Below, in pieces: positions 16,717 through 25,412 of a stretch of DNA of 64,000 nucleotides. Source of the DNA: Candidatus Cloacimonadota bacterium. Its GTDB lineage: Bacteria; Cloacimonadota; Cloacimonadia; Cloacimonadales; Cloacimonadaceae. The position numbers and the translations under genes are program-made. Within the stretch, counting starts at the first letter, position 1; every line of letters begins with the position of its first letter. The notes under the pieces are model-generated. The model did not search any database. It saw nothing but the letters and a program-made list of their open reading frames with translations, and was not told the origin of the DNA. The stretch lies in assembly GCA_035363155.1 (NCBI GenBank), contig DAOSEN010000002.1:209700-273699 (forward strand). Direction: 5' to 3'.

Positions 16717-17703
16717 TTAGAAAGGACCGACTACACCGTGCAGGGCAATCGATAGATTCTGTCCAACCCATTCGGATTTGAATGGAACCTTGTATTGGTA
16801 GGTTGACACCTTGGGAGTGTGATTGGCTTTGTAGGGGAATAACCCGAAGGAGGGATTACCACTATAGCCATGCAATTGCACGTTCAGGTGGCTTTCGGTC
16901 ATTTCGTAGGGATTATCCAGGTCGATCTGCACATACAGAAAACTTGCATCTTTCCATACTTGTGCTTCGCCCACGCGATAGTGTTGACCGGCATAGAAGT
17001 AGAAGGTTTGTGGCTGAGTGCTGGGAGCGTGCTTCACATAGGAAAACCAGGGATGGGTTCCCCAACGGTAGGAGAAATCATTGGGGACATCATTCATTCT
17101 CAGCATCGCCGTTTCGGTATTGAATACTGGGTCGTCATCTGATTGAGGTTGCACAATGGTGTATGTGGCATAGTACCACCAACGGTTACCTGGGCCGGCA
17201 ACATTTCCACCAAAGGCAGTTTCCTGTTGATAGGAGCCATCGGGCCGTTCTTTCAGCACTTCAGCATGAGCGGCTACTACGATGTTTTGACCAAAGCTCA
17301 AGCCCAGGCTTGAGAGTGGAATTTGGTATGTGTATTCGGTGATGTAGGGATTGTGGGAGGATGAAAAAGCAAATTTACCAGGTACAGGGACACCCTGTTT
17401 GTTTTTTGGAATACCGGCAAGGCTGGTGGCCACATGCATGTGGGTGGCTTTCAGCTTCCAGCCGTTTTCTGTTACATAGCTTACATAGAGGTTTTGAGCG
17501 TCATTGCTCACATAAAGATTGCCGGCATCAATGTTTTGTCCGGCCCAAAGAGGGTATTCAGAAGATTGATTTATATTTACGCTTTTGATATTCATTATCG
17601 ATTGCATGATTTCAGGTTCAGTGAAATTGGGTGAGGTCTCACATGCGGTCAAGACCAAGAGGCTTATTATAAGCAGGATGCTCAGTTTGACTATCGCTTT
17701 CAT
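16717..17703 (-). CDS. Hypothetical lipoprotein
   Basis: Lipobox LLVLTAC after a signal peptide. No recognisable family. Confidence 0.6.
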   Translation of the reverse strand: MKAIVKLSILLIISLLVLTACETSPNFTEPEIMQSIMNIKSVNINQSSEYPLWAGQNIDAGNLYVSNDAQNLYVSYVTENGWKLKATHMHVATSLAGIPKNKQGVPVPGKFAFSSSHNPYITEYTYQIPLSSLGLSFGQNIVVAAHAEVLKERPDGSYQQETAFGGNVAGPGNRWWYYATYTIVQPQSDDDPVFNTETAMLRMNDVPNDFSYRWGTHPWFSYVKHAPSTQPQTFYFYAGQHYRVGEAQVWKDASFLYVQIDLDNPYEMTESHLNVQLHGYSGNPSFGLFPYKANHTPKVSTYQYKVPFKSEWVGQNLSIALHGVVGPF

Positions 17704-17940
17704 TTTCCATTCTCCTTGCGAATGATTTTCATTACATACTATAACCAGCCAGCCAGATCACGCAAATCTTTTCTTCTATTCCATGAAAAAAGCTAGACTG
17801 ATCCTCAGATAATACAGCACGATAGAGATTTCAGTTGACAGCAATTCAAACGTGCATGCAATAGAGCCAATTCTTATAGAGTTCTATAGAATTCCTGTTT
17901 GTGCCAATAGTGTGCCAGTCTCTTTCTGAAAGGAGGAAAG

Positions 17941-19644
17941 ATGAGAATGAACCTAAGATCAACAATCCTGATTGTCTTCACCCTGCTTGTCCTACTAACC
18001 GTAACCGCATGTAAGGACAAGGACAAACCCACCATCCCCGGAGTGGATCAATTCGGAATCCTGACCGGGATCGTTTACTCCGATGCTAAGGTAGGTCTTG
18101 CCGACGTTACAGTATCGGTAGGCAACAAATCAACTACAACCGATCAATACGGCAATTTCATCCTCAGTGGCCTCAGTCCGGCGGCAAATGCGCTGGTGAA
18201 TTTTGCCAAAGTGGGCTATATCGGAAACCAGAAAACCGCCAAAATTGAAGCCGGTAAGACCACTTTTGTTCACAACGCTATGCTCACCGCCGGGATTAGC
18301 ACTAATTTCTCTTCTGATACCGAAACGGTGATTCAAGAGAACTGGATGTCTGAAGTGGCGATCCCAGCCAATGCTTTCAAAAAACCTGATGGTAGCGCTT
18401 TCACAGGAGTGGTGCGGGCTGAGGTGCGCTATTTTGATCCCACTCAGGAATCCTCTTTGGATGCCTTCCCAGGAACTTTTATGGGAACTCAGACCAATGG
18501 CACCGAAGTGATGTTTGAATCCTATGGCTTTATTTCTGCCAATTTCTATGATGCCAATGATCCTGCTACCAATCTGCAACTTGCTGAAGGGAAAACTGCC
18601 GAAATCAAAGGCTACATTCCCTGGAGCCTGCAAGCCAATGCTCCCGCTACCATCCCCATGTGGTATTACGACGACACTACGGGCAAATGGATGGAAGAGG
18701 GCGTGGCGACCAAAGTTGGAGATTACTATGTAGGCGAGGTTGGACACTTCTCCTATTGGAATTTCGACCATCCGATCGTGGTCGATGATCAATCCACGCT
18801 TACCGGCAAAGTAAAGTATTCGGACAATACCCCAGTCGTGGGAGCTCAAGTAGTGGCTCAAGGCGTGAATTATGCTGGCTATACAAGAGTATATTCCGAT
18901 GCACAGGGCAATTATTCGATATCCGTGAAAGCTTCCGCTCAAGCAAAGGTAAGAGCTTTCAGCGGGTCCTTGTATTCAAATTATTCAGCGGTTATCACTA
19001 CTCCGGCGGGAGGTGGATCTCTGTCTGTGAGTGATCTCATCATCACAGAACAGAATTTCACAATCATGGGACGGCTCGTGGATAGTTCCAACGCACCTAT
19101 TGCCAATGCCTCGGGTCAGTGCTTCCAGGTGAATCCTCCGGCAGATATTATGGAATTCTCTGCCTGGATTAATACTGATGCAGATGGATATTTCAGCGTA
19201 GTAACCTCCAATCCTGACAATCAAACCAATATCACAGTTCAATTCCGGACAAATCAATACAGATCTGATGTGCTGTATTCAAACTCCATGCCTTTGACGA
19301 TGCCTCAGCCTGGCCAGATCAAGGACTTTGGCAATGTTACCATGCGTCCTGGTGGAAAGCTGACCGGACGCTTAAAGACAAATACCGGCACATGGATTGC
19401 CAATGGATGGGTGAATTTCATGAAGGATGGCGCCACTGGTGAAGGTTCCATGCTGCATGCCGAAACCGATGAAAATGGCAATTTCACCGTCATAGGCCCT
19501 CCCGGAACCAGATTGACCAATATGCGCGCCTCAGTTTGGCAGGAAGGCAATGGATATCGCTCGGAACTGATGACTATGAATTTCCCAGCATCCAATGCCA
19601 CTTCTAACATGGGAACGATAACTGTCTCTCCTTACAATCCATAA
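17941..19644 (+). CDS. Lipoprotein with carboxypeptidase-regulatory-like (Ig-like beta-sandwich) domains
   Basis: Lipobox LLTVTAC. GIVYSD..GLADVTVSVGNKSTTTDQYGNFILSGL-type modules are repeated. SD is AAAGGAGGAAAG. Confidence 0.6.
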   Translation: MRMNLRSTILIVFTLLVLLTVTACKDKDKPTIPGVDQFGILTGIVYSDAKVGLADVTVSVGNKSTTTDQYGNFILSGLSPAANALVNFAKVGYIGNQKTAKIEAGKTTFVHNAMLTAGISTNFSSDTETVIQENWMSEVAIPANAFKKPDGSAFTGVVRAEVRYFDPTQESSLDAFPGTFMGTQTNGTEVMFESYGFISANFYDANDPATNLQLAEGKTAEIKGYIPWSLQANAPATIPMWYYDDTTGKWMEEGVATKVGDYYVGEVGHFSYWNFDHPIVVDDQSTLTGKVKYSDNTPVVGAQVVAQGVNYAGYTRVYSDAQGNYSISVKASAQAKVRAFSGSLYSNYSAVITTPAGGGSLSVSDLIITEQNFTIMGRLVDSSNAPIANASGQCFQVNPPADIMEFSAWINTDADGYFSVVTSNPDNQTNITVQFRTNQYRSDVLYSNSMPLTMPQPGQIKDFGNVTMRPGGKLTGRLKTNTGTWIANGWVNFMKDGATGEGSMLHAETDENGNFTVIGPPGTRLTNMRASVWQEGNGYRSELMTMNFPASNATSNMGTITVSPYNP

Positions 19645-19665
19645 ATCACATTACTGTTATTGCTT

Positions 19666-19698
19666 GAGATGGAGGCTCCGGCTTCCATCTCTTTTTTT
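19666..19698 (+). terminator. Intrinsic terminator
   Basis: GAGATGGA-ggctccggct-TCCATCTC followed by TTTTTTT. Confidence 0.75.
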
Positions 19699-19699
19699 G

Positions 19700-19775
19700 G
19701 GCTGTCGTCCCGACGGGACTCAAAAAGATTCGGCCTTCAGCCTCGTCGACACGGGGACGTGTCGAATCCAATCCC
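19700..19775. repeat. Hairpin repeat (GTCCC-gac-GGGAC ... TCGACACG-ggga-CGTGTCGAATCC), related to 28790-28872
   Basis: Shared core ..ACTCGT(C/G)GACACG(GGG/AG)ACGTGTC(G/C)AATCC occurs at 19745-19773 and 28850-28872. Confidence 0.6.
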
Positions 19776-19815
19776 TGATTGTCACAAACTCACATGATTT
19801 ACAGGTCTTAACGTC

Positions 19816-19867
19816 GTGATCACCTCGAGATGATCTCGAGTACTCGAGGTGATCTCGAGGTGATCAC
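19816..19867. repeat. 52-bp CTCGAG-rich perfect palindrome
   Basis: GTGATCACCTCGAGAT pairs with ATCTCGAGGTGATCAC (16-bp arms) around CTCGAGTACTCGAG. A second copy lies at 63297-63338. Confidence 0.75.
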
Positions 19868-20020
19868 GATGTAAACGCAAGTAAGAGAGGAGAGTATGGG
19901 GCAATGCAAAACCCAAGATCAAAGCATGGACAAGTTGCCAAGCCCTGGAGGGGCAACACCCCATAGCTTGGTGGCGTGAGCCCCAAGACATTGTGACGGC
20001 TATATCACATAACTTGTTGT

Positions 20021-20109
20021 CTCATATACCCCTCACTCCAGCCCTCTCCCGCATCCACCCCAAAACTTCGTAAACTCCGCTTTGGGGACCCCGGCAAGGG
20101 GAGAGGGAG
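20021..20109. repeat. Dispersed ~89-bp repeat with CCCTCTCCC...GGGAGAGGG stem
   Basis: The 68-bp core at 20042-20109 matches 63075-63142 at 67 of 68 positions. About 20 more upstream nt are also similar. Confidence 0.85.
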
Positions 20110-20153
20110 CTTGATCCCTGATCCAGGCATTGGGCTTATGAGCTCAGATAATA

Positions 20154-23100
20154 CTAATATTCAGGGATTGCAAGCACCCGGAAGAACCCACTTCCAGGTA
20201 ACACATCATCTTCCAGGGTATGTGATGTTTCTTCTGTGACCACCAGGGTAGTCCAATCCTCATCCGCGGCGTAGGGATCGCTGCTTGTCTCGATACGGTA
20301 TTGCATCGAGGCAAAAGGATTCAGGTTGTCATCCAGGGTAATAGGTTCCCAGAAAATCGTGAGTCCCTGGAGGTCGTGAGCCAATTGCGCTACCGGCTTT
20401 GCCAATCCAGGATATCTCCAGAGACCAAACAGCACCACATAGGGGTTTCCACTTTCCTCGTTGTCCCAGATATGGGCATCGATCGTATCGGTATCATCCC
20501 ACTGCCAGAAATTGCCAAGGGCATAGATGTTGCTGGATGTCTGGTTATAGACCTGATAGCCATCATTGTCGTTGTGCCGGATGAAGTTGAATCCATTCCC
20601 GAAGTTTTTGCCCAGATCAGGATTTCCATAGGCTATCATCACGCCATAGGCCTGATTGTTCATGATGTAGTTCCGGCGAAATTCCGGCTCTCCATTGCCT
20701 ACATACACGCCATGTGCAGTGCTATAGCGGATGTGGTTGTCATGTATGTAATTCGTCGAATGCAGAGATACGCCATTGCCGTAGGTGTACAGAACTTTGG
20801 AACGGCTGAGGGTGGAAGGGTTTTCTCCAGCGAATACCAGTCCTGATGAGTACAGGAAATCACAGTATTTGAGCTGTGAGCCCTGTCCTGATCCGGCAAT
20901 CTGCAAGGTTGCCCAATCCCCTGGGGCTGGCTGGCTGAGGTTACCATCTGCATTTGTATCTCCCCCAAAAGCATCATCCTTGAAGGAAGTAAAGACAATG
21001 CGGGAGCTGGCATTGCCTATCGCCAGGAGACGTCCATACACCGTCACCCCCCCAGGCATCAGTTTAATTATCGATGCAGGCTGGATCTCCAGTGTGGCAC
21101 CCTGATTTACTGATACATTATTGATCACCAGGGTGGAGCCAGTGCTTACTGACATGTCTCCTGTCACGTTGCAATATTCGTAACGAACGGCATTGTGTGC
21201 GTTGTTCAGATATTGGTTGCCCGCCAGAGTATAGATGTTGCTGTTACTGAATGCCAGAGGATACATACCGTTGCCAGAGAAGGTATTGTAACCCACCTGG
21301 TATGGTATAGCCGATACGACATTATGGAATACCAAGCCGTTTTGCAGGCAATGGGAAAACTCACTATACTCCACATCAAGGACAGCATTGATAATCATAA
21401 GGCCGTTGTTGCTGGAATAGGCAAATTTCGAGTGCCGCACATAAGCACCCTCGATGGGATAGAAATTGCTGCCATAGCTGTAATAGACATGGCAATACTC
21501 AAATTGGGGAGCTGATACTGTGGAGTAATAATGGATGCCTCCCCAGTTTCCCGGAGCAGGAAGGGTCTCATTGCCATCTGCATTGAGGTCGCCGCCAATG
21601 GAATCATCGTACCAGGAGGTAATATAGATGGGCTCGTCTGCTGTGCCATTGGTGATCAGGGTTCCCTGCACGTTCAGGGCTCCGGCAAGGCATTTCAGGA
21701 TGGTGCCTGGCAATAGTTCCAGACTGCTATCCTGAGGGATGGTCACTCCTTCGAATACGTAAGCTGGAGTATTGTCTATCACGTGCTCTCCCATCAGGTA
21801 GCTGTATGCCACCTTCACTGCATTGTAACGGTTATCATAGATGTTTATATCCTGAAGCGGGAAGAGATTGGTGTACCAGGCTGAAATGGCATATTCAGCA
21901 TTGTCATGAATAGTCAGACCGCTCATCTCAAATGGAGTAACCGGAGCTACATTGTAAAGCAAGATGCCACTGAGTTGATTGAAAGAAAACTCGCTATCCA
22001 GGACTTCATGGTGAGAATTGTAGAGCTCCAACCCGTGACCGCCGGAATAGCTGAAGGAGCTATTGTGCACATACCCAGGAGTACTGGATTGCAGTACCAG
22101 CCTGCCATATCTGAAGTTTGCGTATGTCACTTCTGGCATGCCAGCATCGGAAACATAGTAAACATATCCCCAATCTCCCGGGGCTGGAAGACTGTCATCC
22201 CCATCAGCATTGAGATCTCCCCCGATGCTGTCATCTTTCCAGGATGTGAAGTATATCGGTTCACTAGCTGTGCCCAGGATTTTCAGATCTCCATAGACGT
22301 TGAGATTGCTGCTTTCCATCTTCACGATACTACCCGGAGCAAGCTCCAACGCTGCTTCGGCAGCCACATTCAGGTTTGACACCACCACTGGATAATCCGC
22401 ACTCCACAGATGCTCTCCTTTGAGGCTGCTGCCATAGTAGCTGATGGCATTGTGGAGATTGTCTGTGAAGATGTTATCCTCCAGGGGATACACATCAGAA
22501 TAGTGAAACTGCATTGCAAAGCCATTGTTTTCTGAGAACAGATTTCCACTGATCTCGTATGCTTCATTTGCATATATTCCATGAGTGCCTAATCCAGATT
22601 GATTGCTATAGGCTATGTCATTGTCGATGATATCATGGGGATGATTATATATGAAAATCCCCTGGTAGTTGCTGTTGTAAATCTTGCAGTTGCGGATAAA
22701 ACCCTTTTCGGGGGAATTGATATACAAGCCTCCGCCATAGTAGATGTGGCAATATTCAAGCTGAGGCGCAGAAGTGGCAGAAGTGAGGTAAAAATATCCC
22801 CAATCACCATTTACCGGTGTGGTGGCATCTTCATCGGCATTCCAATCCCCACCCTGAGTATCATCCTTGAGGGAAGTGAAAATAATAGGATTTTCCTGGG
22901 TTCCAGTAGCCATCAGGGAGCCATTGATCAGCATATATCCCCCGATGAGCTTCACACAAGTCCCCGCTTCGATGGTAAGAGACTGTTCTGCTGGAACCAC
23001 GAGTTGATTGATCAACACAGGCTGGGAATTGTTCAGCACCATATCTCCCCACACTTCACAATAGTAATAGTAAATCAGGTCGTAGGTATTGCCGCTGAAT

Positions 23101-25010
23101 GTGTTTCCTGTAGTGTTGTAAACTTGGGAATTTGATAAGGCCATCGCATAACCGCTGTTGTCTTCAATCGTGTTGTTTGCTATCAGATAGGGGCTGGGGC
23201 TATATAGAGAATACACACTGATCCCATTGCCATTGCAGCCTGAGATCAGGTTTGAGCTAATCTCCTGAGGATAACTGCTTAGCATAATGCCTGCATCGGC
23301 TGCGTGTTCAATCCGGCAATTGCGCACATATCCCGGATTGGGAGTCTGGATGGTGATTCCTCTGCCATAGCGGATAATGCAGTACTGCATTTGTGGGGCA
23401 GTTCCGGACAAATTGATGCGGTCCCAGGCACCTGCTACAGGCGTGGTTTGATCCCCATCTGCATTCCAATCTCCCCCGTATGTGTCATCCGTAAAGGCTG
23501 TGAAAACTATGGGCTGAGAGGCTGTCCCGATGGCTGTGAGGCTTCCGTTTACAGTGATCGAGCCACCGATGAGCTTTATAATACTCCCGGCTGGGATACT
23601 AAGGCTTGTGGTGGCCGGAATACTGAGACTATTGATGAGGTAGCGGTATTGGGTATTGAAAGTGTGGCTGCCCTCTATCTCGCAGTTACCAAGGTATATG
23701 GCATTAATGGTATTGGCTGTAAAGGTATGGCCTGGCAGGGGGAAGATCTTGCACGAGAATAGTTCCACGGCATATCCGCCATTGTGGTGGATATTGTTAC
23801 CCGATACACTGAAACCTGATGTATCGGTTATATAGCGAAAGGATAAGCCTGTGTTGCCACTGTAGGCAATCTCCGTGTTTTGCACATCCACGGCCTTGTA
23901 ATTGAAAACCAGCCCTTCATAGCCTGAGTTCAGAATCCGGCAGTTTCTGACGTAGCCATTGGGACTGTCGTTGAACAAGACCCCCAATGCATAGCGGATA
24001 TCGCAATACTCAAGATATCCCGCTGAACTTGCTCCATTCATGGTGATGCGAGCCCAGTCATTGGCTGCGGGTTGGCTGGCATTGCCATCGGCATTGGTAT
24101 CTCCACCATAGCTATCATCCCGATAAGAAGTGAAGACTACCCGGTTCGAGGATGTGCCAATGGCACTAAGGCTGCCATACACATCGATACCGCTGGAAGC
24201 CAGCTTGCAGACTGTTCCCGGCTCCACCTCCAGCGTAGCATCTGCAGCAATGGTAAGCGAATAGATCACATGGGTCAGATTGCTCGTGAAGTGACTATCT
24301 CCATTTATGCTTGCAGCGTAATAGCTGATCGCATTGTTGTGATTCCGCACCGCCGTATTGGTACCAAGAGCTGGCACATTGCCATACTCCACGGCTATGG
24401 CAAAAGCCCCATTATCACGGATCAGATTATTCATTATCGTAGAAGATGCATCCTGTGAGATCAGGATGCCATGTCCACCGTTGTTGTGAATCACATTCTG
24501 GCTGATATTCACGCTGGATGACACGATTCTGATTCCGTTTCCGGTGGTTCCAGTAATCCTGCTTTGAGAGATCGAACCACCCTGAACCTCTTGCAAGGTA
24601 ATGGCATTATAGCCTGGTATGTAGCCCCGGATACTGCATCTTTGCAGGTTTGGGGTTGCGTCAGTTCCGATGAAGCTAAGCCCGGCCCAGGGAGCATTGG
24701 CAGGATTGCCATCCGAGCCATCAATCACCTCGCCGACGGTATTATCATTTTTGGAAGTGAAAACAATAGAATCCCCACTGCTCACGGCCACAAGGGAACC
24801 ATAACAAGTGAAAGAGTGCCAGGCATTAAACTTCACGATAGTACCTGGTTGCAGGATCAGGCTGGTGCCTGCCGTTACAGATATCGAGGCTTCCACATAG
24901 TAAGTTCCGGGACCCCAGGACTGGTTCGACACATCTCCACTTTTCACGATATAAGAAAAAAGCAGCATTGGCATTAATAACAGCAGTAGCAGAATCGAAA
25001 GTAATCTCAT
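20154..25010 (-). CDS. 1618-aa secreted protein of seven reiterated right-handed beta-helix modules plus a C-terminal Fn3-like domain
   Basis: Signal peptide present. The motif (I/V)(V/Y/I)FTS.(K/R)DD..GGD.NADG....PA.GDW recurs roughly every 190 aa. PbH1-like NN.G.GI repeats lie between the motif copies. Confidence 0.85.
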   Translation of the reverse strand: MRLLSILLLLLLMPMLLFSYIVKSGDVSNQSWGPGTYYVEASISVTAGTSLILQPGTIVKFNAWHSFTCYGSLVAVSSGDSIVFTSKNDNTVGEVIDGSDGNPANAPWAGLSFIGTDATPNLQRCSIRGYIPGYNAITLQEVQGGSISQSRITGTTGNGIRIVSSSVNISQNVIHNNGGHGILISQDASSTIMNNLIRDNGAFAIAVEYGNVPALGTNTAVRNHNNAISYYAASINGDSHFTSNLTHVIYSLTIAADATLEVEPGTVCKLASSGIDVYGSLSAIGTSSNRVVFTSYRDDSYGGDTNADGNASQPAANDWARITMNGASSAGYLEYCDIRYALGVLFNDSPNGYVRNCRILNSGYEGLVFNYKAVDVQNTEIAYSGNTGLSFRYITDTSGFSVSGNNIHHNGGYAVELFSCKIFPLPGHTFTANTINAIYLGNCEIEGSHTFNTQYRYLINSLSIPATTSLSIPAGSIIKLIGGSITVNGSLTAIGTASQPIVFTAFTDDTYGGDWNADGDQTTPVAGAWDRINLSGTAPQMQYCIIRYGRGITIQTPNPGYVRNCRIEHAADAGIMLSSYPQEISSNLISGCNGNGISVYSLYSPSPYLIANNTIEDNSGYAMALSNSQVYNTTGNTFSGNTYDLIYYYYCEVWGDMVLNNSQPVLINQLVVPAEQSLTIEAGTCVKLIGGYMLINGSLMATGTQENPIIFTSLKDDTQGGDWNADEDATTPVNGDWGYFYLTSATSAPQLEYCHIYYGGGLYINSPEKGFIRNCKIYNSNYQGIFIYNHPHDIIDNDIAYSNQSGLGTHGIYANEAYEISGNLFSENNGFAMQFHYSDVYPLEDNIFTDNLHNAISYYGSSLKGEHLWSADYPVVVSNLNVAAEAALELAPGSIVKMESSNLNVYGDLKILGTASEPIYFTSWKDDSIGGDLNADGDDSLPAPGDWGYVYYVSDAGMPEVTYANFRYGRLVLQSSTPGYVHNSSFSYSGGHGLELYNSHHEVLDSEFSFNQLSGILLYNVAPVTPFEMSGLTIHDNAEYAISAWYTNLFPLQDINIYDNRYNAVKVAYSYLMGEHVIDNTPAYVFEGVTIPQDSSLELLPGTILKCLAGALNVQGTLITNGTADEPIYITSWYDDSIGGDLNADGNETLPAPGNWGGIHYYSTVSAPQFEYCHVYYSYGSNFYPIEGAYVRHSKFAYSSNNGLMIINAVLDVEYSEFSHCLQNGLVFHNVVSAIPYQVGYNTFSGNGMYPLAFSNSNIYTLAGNQYLNNAHNAVRYEYCNVTGDMSVSTGSTLVINNVSVNQGATLEIQPASIIKLMPGGVTVYGRLLAIGNASSRIVFTSFKDDAFGGDTNADGNLSQPAPGDWATLQIAGSGQGSQLKYCDFLYSSGLVFAGENPSTLSRSKVLYTYGNGVSLHSTNYIHDNHIRYSTAHGVYVGNGEPEFRRNYIMNNQAYGVMIAYGNPDLGKNFGNGFNFIRHNDNDGYQVYNQTSSNIYALGNFWQWDDTDTIDAHIWDNEESGNPYVVLFGLWRYPGLAKPVAQLAHDLQGLTIFWEPITLDDNLNPFASMQYRIETSSDPYAADEDWTTLVVTEETSHTLEDDVLPGSGFFRVLAIPEY

Positions 25011-25301
25011 GTTTCATTCTCCCTTGTTGTAGTATTTCCACAGATCAGAACCAGGATTTAGCACTCCTGATGTGTTTGCTCTACCTATCTGATTATCAGA
25101 AAGATAGCGAGCATGCTCCGATTATCGGGAGCAAAAACCAGTTCGCAAAAACAGACCTGATTGCATCTCTCCCGCAGTTCCATACTATGTCAAGAATCTT
25201 CTCACAGAGACATCTTATTACTTTATGGCATGCTGGGATTTGATTAGCTCTGAGGCTGGGTGTTTAGGTTCAACATAATCAAAACTAATGAAAGAAATTC
25301 C

Positions 25302-25329
25302 TTGACACCCATTTTACTCCAGATTATTG
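25302..25329 (+). promoter_or_regulatory. Putative promoter: TTGACA, 19 nt, TTG
   Basis: CCTTGACACCC...CAGATTATTG lies in the divergent region between the two giant genes. Confidence 0.35.
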
Positions 25330-25412
25330 TATCAGAGTGTTGAAAGCATATAACCCTGATAGTTTGGTTGTATGACATAAATATATATAAAACAGTGATT
25401 TAGTGAATTCAT

